From the NCBI GenBank assembly GCA_003712145.1, contig RHLS01000006.1, positions 47,253 through 111,252 of the forward strand: a stretch of 64,000 bases of DNA, in the 5' to 3' direction. Positions 55,722-64,000 of this stretch are shown one piece after another; within the stretch, counting starts at the first letter, position 1, and each line of letters begins with the position of its first letter. A model generated the notes under the pieces. The model saw only the letters and a list, made by a program, of their open reading frames with translations. It was not told the DNA's origin and did not search any database. The position numbers were made by a program, and so were the translations under genes. Source of the stretch: Desulfuromonadales bacterium. GTDB taxonomy: Bacteria; Desulfobacterota; Desulfuromonadia; Geobacterales; Geobacteraceae.

Positions 55722-57371
55722 TTGGAGTTCGCCCGCTGGTTCATGGAGCTCGCCCGCGGGGCCATGGGGATGCCTCTCCTCCAGGGGGCCATCGCCGCCC
55801 TCTGCACCTTCGTCCTGGAAGACCCGACCACCGTCGGGAGCGGCCTTCTGGTGGCGGCGGGAAAGATGTCGTTCACCACCGCCTTCGTGGGGCTCACCCT
55901 CGGGATTGCCGGCGGGGATTTCGGCCTCTACCTCCTGGGGCGGTTCGCCCAGGGACGGGTGGAACGGTGGGGTATCATCGACCGGGAGCGGCTGGAGCGG
56001 GCCTCTGCCTGGTTCGGACGGAACCTGATTTCGGCGGTCCTCTCGTCCCGCTTTCTGCCGGGGATGCGGCTCCCCACCTACGTGGCGGCGGGCATTCTCA
56101 AGGTGCCGGCGGGGAGGTTCCTCGCCGTGGCCGTGGCCGCGTCGGTCGCCTGGACCCTCATCCTCCTCTCCCTCACCGTCCGCCTCGGGGGGGCGGCCCT
56201 GGAGCGGGCGGGGCGGATGAAGCTCCCCTTGGGACTCGCCCTCGTGGTGCTCATCGCCTTCGGCCAGTGGCTGGGGGCGCGGCGGCGCCGACGGTTCGAA
56301 CGGGAGGGTGCGGAGCCGGTCACGTCGGGCTTTGAATTCTGGCCCCCGTGGCTCTTCTACCTGCCGGTCGTCCCCTGGTGGCTCTGGCTCTCCCTGCGGC
56401 ACCGGGGGGTGCTCCTGCCGACGGCGGCCAACCCCTCCATCCATGCCGGGGGATTCATCGGGGAGTCGAAGGGGGCGATCCTGAGCCTCGTGCCCCGGGA
56501 ACAGCGGCGGTGGGTAGCCCCATGGGTGGCCTGGCGGAAGGAAGCCGGTGCCTCCATCGACGCTGCCTGCGCCGAAGCAGCCGCCATCATGGAACGGAAC
56601 GCCCTCGTCTTCCCCCTCGTGGCAAAGCCCGACGTGGGACAGCGGGGAGCGGGGGTAAGGCCCCTTCAGGACAGTCGGCAACTCAGGGAATACCTGGAGG
56701 CGTTTCCGGCCGGCGCCCGGTTGATCCTCCAGACGCTCGTTCCCTTTCCCCACGAGGCGGGGATCCTCTGGTACCGGCTGCCGGGGGAGGATCGGGGGAG
56801 GATCTTCTCCGTCACCCGGAAGGAATTCCCCGCAGTGACGGGCGACGGGCAACGGACCCTGCGGGATCTGATTCTGGCGGACCCCCGGGCCCGGCGCCTG
56901 CGGCGGGTCTACCTCCGACGCCACCGGGAGCGGCAGGAGGCGATTCCGGCGGCCGGAGAGCGGGTGCCCCTGGTCTTTGCCGGCAACCACTGTCAGGGGG
57001 CGATCTTCCGCAACGGCGCGGAGCTGGCATCACCAGAGCTTGCCGCCCGGATCGACGAAATCGCCCGCTCCATTCCGGAGTTCCACTTCGGCCGCTTCGA
57101 CCTCCGCTTCCGGTCCGAGGAAGAGCTTTCGCGGGGCGAAGGGTTCGTCATCGTGGAGATCAACGGCGCCGGTGCCGAGGCGACTCACATCTGGGATGCC
57201 CGGACCCGCCTCGGCGATGCCTACGCCGTGCTCTTCGCGCAGTTCCGCATCCTCTTCGAGATCGGCGCCCGGAACCGGGAACGGGGGTTTCGCCCAGTCA
57301 CCGTTTGGCAGTTTCTCGGTGACCTCTTAGCCTATCGGCGACTGGCACAGGGGTATCCGGAAACCTGGTAA
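55722..57371 (+). CDS. DedA/VTT membrane domain fused to an ATP-grasp ligase domain
   Basis: DedA: [30 protein letters not shown]-grasp: [29 protein letters not shown]. Confidence 0.8.
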   Translation: MEFARWFMELARGAMGMPLLQGAIAALCTFVLEDPTTVGSGLLVAAGKMSFTTAFVGLTLGIAGGDFGLYLLGRFAQGRVERWGIIDRERLERASAWFGRNLISAVLSSRFLPGMRLPTYVAAGILKVPAGRFLAVAVAASVAWTLILLSLTVRLGGAALERAGRMKLPLGLALVVLIAFGQWLGARRRRRFEREGAEPVTSGFEFWPPWLFYLPVVPWWLWLSLRHRGVLLPTAANPSIHAGGFIGESKGAILSLVPREQRRWVAPWVAWRKEAGASIDAACAEAAAIMERNALVFPLVAKPDVGQRGAGVRPLQDSRQLREYLEAFPAGARLILQTLVPFPHEAGILWYRLPGEDRGRIFSVTRKEFPAVTGDGQRTLRDLILADPRARRLRRVYLRRHRERQEAIPAAGERVPLVFAGNHCQGAIFRNGAELASPELAARIDEIARSIPEFHFGRFDLRFRSEEELSRGEGFVIVEINGAGAEATHIWDARTRLGDAYAVLFAQFRILFEIGARNRERGFRPVTVWQFLGDLLAYRRLAQGYPETW

Positions 57372-57391
57372 AGCACAGAAGGAGAAATGAC

Positions 57392-57913
57392 ATGAAACCG
57401 CTGAAAGTGCTTATGGCATCACTGGTACTCTTCGCCCTGGCTGCGGCCGCCTCGGGAGAAAAGGGGAAATCGGCCACCATCAAACTCTACTCGGCACAAA
57501 AGAAGGGGTACATCATGAGTGAAAAGGTCATCAAGAGCGACGCCGAATGGCGCAAGCAGCTGACCCCCGAGCAGTACCACATCACCCGCGAGAAGGGAAC
57601 CGAACGGGCCTTCTCGGGCCAGTACGCGAACCATCACGATAAGGGGATCTACCAGTGCGTCTGCTGCGACAACGACCTCTTCAGCTCGGAACACAAGTTC
57701 GAATCGGGGACCGGCTGGCCCAGCTTCTGGCAGCCGATCGCCCCGGAGAACATTACAACCAAGCCCGACCGCAGCCTCTTCATGACCCGGACGGAGGTCC
57801 TCTGCAGCCGCTGCGACGCCCACCTGGGCCATGTCTTTGACGACGGACCGAAGCCGACCGGACTGCGCTATTGCATGAACTCCGCAGCCCTCAAGTTCAG
57901 GAAAGCCGATTGA
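57392..57913 (+). CDS. msrB: Peptide methionine-(R)-sulfoxide reductase, exported
   Basis: [35 protein letters not shown]; signal peptide. Confidence 0.96.
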   Translation: MKPLKVLMASLVLFALAAAASGEKGKSATIKLYSAQKKGYIMSEKVIKSDAEWRKQLTPEQYHITREKGTERAFSGQYANHHDKGIYQCVCCDNDLFSSEHKFESGTGWPSFWQPIAPENITTKPDRSLFMTRTEVLCSRCDAHLGHVFDDGPKPTGLRYCMNSAALKFRKAD

Positions 57914-57950
57914 CCGGAAATTCCGGCACACCGGCGAACAGGATCGCGCC

Positions 57951-59225
57951 ATGAAACGTGTCGTTATCGTCGGCGGCGGCTTCGGCGGACTGAACGCCGC
58001 GAAGGTGCTGGGGAGCAGGCCGGGGGTCGAGGTGACCCTCATCGACCGGAAGAACCACCACCTCTTCCAGCCCCTCCTCTACCAGGTGGCGACGGCGGGG
58101 CTTTCCCCGGCCGACATCGCCGCGCCGATCCGGGTGCTCCTGGCTCGGCACCGCAACGTCCACGTCCACCTGGGGGAGGTACGCGGTGTCGACCTCGCCG
58201 GGCGCACCGTCATGACCAGCACGGACACCTACCCCTACGATTACCTCGTCCTCGCCTGCGGCGCCCAGCACGCCTACTTCGGCCACGAGGAGTGGGAGGA
58301 ATCCGCTCCGGGGCTGAAGACCCTGGAACAGGCAACGGAGATCCGGCGCCGGGTCCTCTCGGCCTTCGAGGAGGCGGAGCTGGAAAAGGACCCCCAGAGG
58401 CAGCGGAAGCTCCTTACCTTCGCCGTCGTCGGCGGGGGAGCAACGGGGGTCGAGCTGGCCGGCGCCATCGGGGAGATGAGCCGGTACACCCTGATCCGGG
58501 ACTTCCGGAGCATCGATCCGACCATGAGCCGGGTGATCCTGATCGAGGCGGGACCGCGGATACTCTCCGCCTTTGCGGAAAAGCTCTCCGCCGACGCTGT
58601 CCGCTACCTGGAAGAGCTCGGCGTCGAGGTGATGACCTCCCGGGCGGTAACGCGGATCGACGCGGAGGGGGTGGAGCTGGGGGGGGAGTTCATCCCGGCT
58701 GCAACGGTGCTCTGGGGAGCCGGGGTGAAGGCATCTTCCCTCGGGACGGAACTTGGGGTGGAAACCGACCGCCAGGGTCGGGTCATCGTGCAACCGGACC
58801 TGAGCGTGCCAGGGTATCCGGAACTCTTCGTCATCGGCGATCAGGCCAACTGTCAAAACGAAAAAGGGGAGCCGCTCCCCGGCCTCGGCCCCGTCGCGCT
58901 TCAGCAGGGGCGTCACGCGGCCCGGAACATCCTTCGTGAACTGGCAGGCAAGCTACGCCGCCCCTTCCGTTACCTCGACAAGGGTCACATGGCAACCATC
59001 GGCAGAAGCCGGGCCATTGGCGAGATCCGCCGGATACGCTTCTCCGGCTTCATCGCCTGGCTCGCCTGGCTCTTCGTCCACATCTATTTCCTGGCGGGCT
59101 TCCGCAACCGCTTCTTCGTCGTCCTCCAGTGGGGATGGTCGTATCTCTCCTTCGGCCGGGGAGCCCGCCTGATCACGAGTCGGGAATGGCGCTCCTATCC
59201 CGGCAGCACAGGAGGCGACAGATGA
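57951..59225 (+). CDS. ndh: Type II NADH:quinone oxidoreductase-like flavoprotein
   Basis: VIVGGGFGG, FQPLLYQVAT, VVGGGATGVE, FVIGD, F.YLDKG.MATIGR. Confidence 0.9.
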   Translation: MKRVVIVGGGFGGLNAAKVLGSRPGVEVTLIDRKNHHLFQPLLYQVATAGLSPADIAAPIRVLLARHRNVHVHLGEVRGVDLAGRTVMTSTDTYPYDYLVLACGAQHAYFGHEEWEESAPGLKTLEQATEIRRRVLSAFEEAELEKDPQRQRKLLTFAVVGGGATGVELAGAIGEMSRYTLIRDFRSIDPTMSRVILIEAGPRILSAFAEKLSADAVRYLEELGVEVMTSRAVTRIDAEGVELGGEFIPAATVLWGAGVKASSLGTELGVETDRQGRVIVQPDLSVPGYPELFVIGDQANCQNEKGEPLPGLGPVALQQGRHAARNILRELAGKLRRPFRYLDKGHMATIGRSRAIGEIRRIRFSGFIAWLAWLFVHIYFLAGFRNRFFVVLQWGWSYLSFGRGARLITSREWRSYPGSTGGDR

Positions 59226-59297
59226 CAGTGTGGTGGAGCGATAAAACATCTATTCATTTTTCTGAATATATGGTACTGTTTTACAGGAGGTGAAACC

Positions 59298-59450
59298 ATG
59301 AATGAACTCTTGATGGTGGGAGGTTTTCTGGCTTTCTGGATTGTCCTCAACAAAGTGGTCCTTCCCCGGCTCGGGGTAGAGACGTGAATGGCTGATGCCT
59401 GTCCTTCCGGGAAGAAGGACAAGAAACAAACCGACAAAAAAGGGGCGTGA
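59298..59450 (+). CDS. Candidate 50-aa membrane-anchored selenoprotein (UxxxxC)
   Basis: AGGAGG RBS; MNELLMVGGFLAFWIVLNKVVLPRLGVET-UGA-MADACPSGKKDKKQTDKKGA-stop; SECIS-like hairpin after the UGA. Confidence 0.6.
59400..59421 (+). promoter_or_regulatory. Putative bacterial SECIS element
   Basis: TGTCCTTC-CGGGAA-GAAGGACA: 8-bp stem starting 12 nt after the UGA (59385-59387), with a G-rich apical loop. Confidence 0.55.
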
Positions 59451-59469
59451 GTTTCACGCCCCTTTTTTG
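59435..59469. terminator. Bidirectional intrinsic terminator
   Basis: CAAAAAAGGGGCGTGA-GTT-TCACGCCCCTTTTTTG between convergent genes. Confidence 0.85.
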
Positions 59470-59491
59470 TGTCATCATGCTTTACACACGG

Positions 59492-59902
59492 TCACCGCGG
59501 ACCCCTTGCCTCCTCAATCACCAGCAGGTACCCATCCGGATCGAAGCACCAGAACTCCTTGACCCCGTAAGGTTTATGCTCCAGCGGGTAGAGAATCTCC
59601 AACTCCTCTTCCAGTATCGCCTCGTAGATCTCCATGATGTCATCCACGGTGACATGGATCGTCATCCCCACCCCTTTGGGGTATTCCTCGAAACGCTCCC
59701 CCAGGATCGGATGGGCGCGCACTACAGCCCCCTCCTCCACAAAGATGATCTCCCAGCCGTCATGCCGCAGGATCAGGTGCTCGGGCGCTCCCCGGGCCGT
59801 CAGCGCCCGCATGACGTCCAGCTCCAGGATGCCGGCATAGAACGCCTCGGTGGTGCTCAGGTCGGCGACCGTCAACTGGATGGAGACGCCAGCCCTACTC
59901 AC
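59492..59902 (-). CDS. VOC-family protein (single domain)
   Basis: FYAGIL, KPYGVKEFWCFDPDGYLL. Confidence 0.85.
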   Translation of the reverse strand: MSRAGVSIQLTVADLSTTEAFYAGILELDVMRALTARGAPEHLILRHDGWEIIFVEEGAVVRAHPILGERFEEYPKGVGMTIHVTVDDIMEIYEAILEEELEILYPLEHKPYGVKEFWCFDPDGYLLVIEEARGPR

Positions 59903-60623
59903 CTCCGAACCACTTCAGACTGTAACGGGAAAGGACACTCAGATAGTTGGTGAAGATCATGAACCCGACGATGACGAGGAATACACCGGTGACGATCTCG
60001 AAAATACGGATGTACTTCTTGAACCGGTTGAAAACGACAAGGAACTGGTGCATGGCCAGGGAAGAGAGAAAAAAAGGAATTGCCAACCCCATGGAGTAGG
60101 TAAAGAGAAGAAGGATGCCTTGGGTGACCGTCTCCTCCGTAGCCGCCACCATGAGAATGGAGGCGAGAATCGGGCCGATGCAGGGGGTCCAGCCGGCGGC
60201 AAAGGCGAGCCCCACGAGGAAGCTTCCCAGGTATCCGGCCGGCTTGCGATGCACGGTGACCCGCTTCTCGCCCAGCAGCAGGTGGATGGGGACAAGCCCC
60301 GAGACATGGATGCCGAAGATGATGATCAGTATCCCTCCCACCTTGCGTATGGCGTTCATGTGCTCATGGAGAAAACCGCCGATGAAGGTCGCCGATGCGC
60401 CGAGGAGCACGAAAACGGTGGTGAATCCCGCGATGAAGAGGAGCGTATGGACAATGGTCTGTTGCCGTACTTTGTGGCTCGGGTGCTCCGCCTGGAGATC
60501 GGAAAAGGAGAGCCCCGTGATGTAGGTGATGAAGGAGGGGATCAGCGGCAGCACGCAGGGAGAGAGAAACGAAAGAAGCCCCGCGACGAACGCGCCGAAA
60601 AAGGTGACGTTGGAAGATTCCAT
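59895..60623 (-). CDS. ccdA: Cytochrome c biogenesis thiol-disulfide transporter CcdA
   Basis: FLSPCVLPLIP and GWTPCIGPIL motifs. Confidence 0.93.
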   Translation of the reverse strand: MESSNVTFFGAFVAGLLSFLSPCVLPLIPSFITYITGLSFSDLQAEHPSHKVRQQTIVHTLLFIAGFTTVFVLLGASATFIGGFLHEHMNAIRKVGGILIIIFGIHVSGLVPIHLLLGEKRVTVHRKPAGYLGSFLVGLAFAAGWTPCIGPILASILMVAATEETVTQGILLLFTYSMGLAIPFFLSSLAMHQFLVVFNRFKKYIRIFEIVTGVFLVIVGFMIFTNYLSVLSRYSLKWFGGE

Positions 60624-60642
60624 GAATGACCTCGGTCTCTTA

Positions 60643-60822
60643 GGGACTCGGAACAAACAAATATACCGTATTACATCTCATCTTCAGGCCATCTTCGCCG
60701 CTCCCTCAATTGCAAAATCCTCGACGTAGCCCTGCTACGCCTGCGGCTTTGCTCAATCAGGAGCGACAAATCTGTCCCAAATCTGAGCGTAAAACTTGGT
60801 ATATCAGTTTATTCCGAGTCCC
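60643..60822. mobile_element. MITE E3, 180 bp, inserted at the tlpA stop codon
   Basis: 25-bp TIR with 22/25 matches (GGGACTCGGAACAAACAAATATACC); TTA direct repeats at 60640-42 and 60823-25; central CGTAGC-cct-GCTACG hairpin. Confidence 0.8.
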
Positions 60823-61325
60823 TTACTTGTTCATCGCCTCGTTAAGGAAGCCGATTACCTCGGGCTGGTCCCACTCCATGGCGCCGACGACTTTCTTGAG
60901 TATAACACCGCTCTTGCTGATGACAAAGGTTTCCGGCACGCCGGTGAGCCCGTAGAGCTTCCCTGCCCGCTTGTCCCCATCCAGAAGCGCCGGGAGCGTG
61001 AACCCGCTCTTGCGGAAGAACTCCTCGACAGCCACCTTCCCCCCATCATCGATGGAGACGCAGAGCATCCGGAACGGCTTGCCGGCCATGGCGGCGTTGA
61101 GACGCATCATGGAGGGAATCTCCTGCCGACAGGGAGGGCACCAGGTGGCCCAGAAGTTCAGGAGCACCACCTGCCCCCTGAGCTCTGAAAGCTTCACCAC
61201 CTCTCCGTTCAGGGTGTTAAGGGTAAAGTCCGGGGCCGGGTTTCCCTCAAGGGCCGGTTTCGTTTCCTTGGAGCAGCCGAGCAGGGCCACGAGCATGAGC
61301 AGCGGCAGCAGGCGGATAATCGTTC

Positions 61326-61329
<4 letters not shown>
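60823..61329 (-). CDS. TlpA/ResA-family thiol-disulfide oxidoreductase lipoprotein
   Basis: Lipobox LLGC; LNFWATWCPPC; VPETF. Confidence 0.92.
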
Positions 61330-62690
<1,361 letters not shown>

Positions 62691-62721
62691 TTTCGCCTCC
62701 TCACTCCTCACTCCTCACACA

Positions 62722-63825
62722 CTATACGGGCAACCGCACCCGAAACGTTGTACCCCGGCCCTGCTCGCTCTCCACCGAAACGCTTCCCCCATGCCCCTCG
62801 ACGATCCGCTGCGTAATGGCTAGTCCCAGACCCGTCCCACCCTCTTTGGTCGTAAAGAAGGGGCCAAATATCCGCTCCAGATTTTCCCGCGCAATACCTG
62901 CACCGTTGTCATTGAACGACAGCTCCACAAAGGCCGGCTCGTCACCGCTGCGGGGAACCTCCCTGACGCGCACCGTAACGCTTCCGCCGGCCGTTGTGGC
63001 CTGTATGCCATTGAGAAGCAGGTTGAGGAACGCCTGCCGCAGCCTCTCCGGGTCACCGGCCACAGGGGGGATATCATCCGCGTCGAGTGTGAGGCGAACG
63101 CCGCGGGTCACAGCCTCGGCATCCAGCAGCTTCACCAGTTCCCGCAACTCGGCGGCCAGATCGCAGGTCCTTTTCTCCACCTCGACGGGGCGGGCAAGGC
63201 GCAGAAAGTCCTCCACCACCCGGTTCAGTCGATCGGTCTCCTTCAGCAGGATATCAAGGAACTCCTGCTTCGGGTGCCCGGAGGGAAAGTCGTCACGCAG
63301 GATCTCGGCTGTCCCCCGGATGGACCCAAGGGGATTACGGATCTCGTGGGCCAGCATGGCGGAGAGTTCGCCGATGGCCGAAAGGCGCTCGGCCCGCCGG
63401 AGTTGCTCCTCGATGCCGATAATGAGATCGGCCTGGCTCCGGAGCGTGCGGTACGAATCCTCCAGGCGCCGGGCCGCCCGTTCGAGCTCCTCCCGCCGTT
63501 CCTCCTCCTTCTGGCAGAGAAAACCGGTAACGCCGCCAACCACGTTGTACAGGAGGATCTCCAGAAACTTCTCCATGTCCAGAGACGGCCGGGCTCCCCA
63601 CTGGAACAGAATGTGGGGCGCATAGAGGCAGCTGACCACGATGGAGGCCGCAAGCCCCCCGCGGAGTCCGAACCAGAAGGCGGCAAGGATGATCGGCAGG
63701 TAGTAGAGTCGTTGGAAGATGTCGTGGAGCGCAGGGAGGTGAAGCGGGGTCAGGTAGTGGAAGAGACTGATCCCGATGATGGAGACGGCCAGAACCAGAA
63801 TGCGCAGTGTTCCCGTCAGCTTCAT
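62722..63825 (-). CDS. Membrane sensor histidine kinase with a His-rich TM sensor
   Basis: Four TMs (FHYLTPLHLPALHDIFQRLYYLP), LAHEIRNPL, FFTTKEGGTGLGL. Confidence 0.92.
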   Translation of the reverse strand: MKLTGTLRILVLAVSIIGISLFHYLTPLHLPALHDIFQRLYYLPIILAAFWFGLRGGLAASIVVSCLYAPHILFQWGARPSLDMEKFLEILLYNVVGGVTGFLCQKEEERREELERAARRLEDSYRTLRSQADLIIGIEEQLRRAERLSAIGELSAMLAHEIRNPLGSIRGTAEILRDDFPSGHPKQEFLDILLKETDRLNRVVEDFLRLARPVEVEKRTCDLAAELRELVKLLDAEAVTRGVRLTLDADDIPPVAGDPERLRQAFLNLLLNGIQATTAGGSVTVRVREVPRSGDEPAFVELSFNDNGAGIARENLERIFGPFFTTKEGGTGLGLAITQRIVEGHGGSVSVESEQGRGTTFRVRLPV

Positions 63826-63894
63826 GGTGTATCTCGGTGAAATGACGACTGGTAGGCCAGAACCTTGGACCAGGCTGGGGCAGTCTTTGGCAGG

Positions 63895-64000
63895 CTAGAG
63901 CTTGCGGCTTACAACGTAGTCGGCAAGCTCCACGAGCGCACGCTTTTCCACCGAATCGGGGAAGGCTTCCAGATAGTCCTTGCAGCGGGCGATGTAGTCG
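63895..64000 (-). CDS. ispB: 3' end of a polyprenyl (octaprenyl) diphosphate synthase, partial
   Basis: ...CKDYLEAFPDSVEKRALVELADYVVSRKL-stop resembles the IspB-family C-terminus; only 34 codons are visible. Confidence 0.6.
   Translation of the reverse strand, partial: DYIARCKDYLEAFPDSVEKRALVELADYVVSRKL

Noticed and set aside
59388-59450. Independent 20-codon ORF (MADAC...) after the UGA
   Set aside because: It has no RBS of its own and is too short; better explained as the readthrough portion of the candidate selenoprotein, though not excluded

Overview
High-GC bacterial chromosomal window, most consistent with a Geobacter-type deltaproteobacterium. This is inferred from the fur-feoB-ideR block, the nikMN-Q-O operon, the chemotaxis cluster and the repeat types; no database search was run. 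Layout: (1) 1-21.5 kb, minus strand: large chemotaxis cluster (soluble receptor-STAS-cheY-cheA ... cheW-cheR-cheD-cheB-EAL protein) interrupted by two near-duplicate MCP-cheW cassettes and several two-component genes, with five sigma28-like promoters. (2) 21.9-27.7 kb: cytochrome P460-family gene, a shortened porin, a Ni/Co ECF transporter with a NikR-like operator, and a secreted cohesin/dockerin-like protein. (3) 27.9-35.9 kb: kdpABCDE, preceded by a phage tail-fibre-assembly-like ORF where kdpF normally sits. (4) 36.2-42 kb: fur-feoB-small Cys protein-ideR plus an orphan response regulator and kinase. (5) 42.3-59.5 kb, plus strand: accessory region with a GH63 glucosidase-aquaporin-VOC-GMC-glucose dehydrogenase operon, followed by DinB-DoxX-YeaQ-bifunctional acyltransferase-dihaem peroxidase-YHS-DedA/ATP-grasp fusion-msrB-NDH-2. 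It ends in an unannotated 50-codon membrane microprotein with an in-frame UGA and a SECIS-like hairpin (candidate selenoprotein). (6) 59.5-64 kb, minus strand: kinase-sigma54 regulator-tlpA-ccdA-VOC and the 3' end of a polyprenyl synthase. Several MITE-like elements are present; three have different terminal inverted repeats but share a covarying central hairpin. No rRNA, tRNA, CRISPR array or transposase gene was seen. The best leads are the candidate selenoprotein, the DedA/ATP-grasp plus acyltransferase module, and the sugar-oxidation operon.
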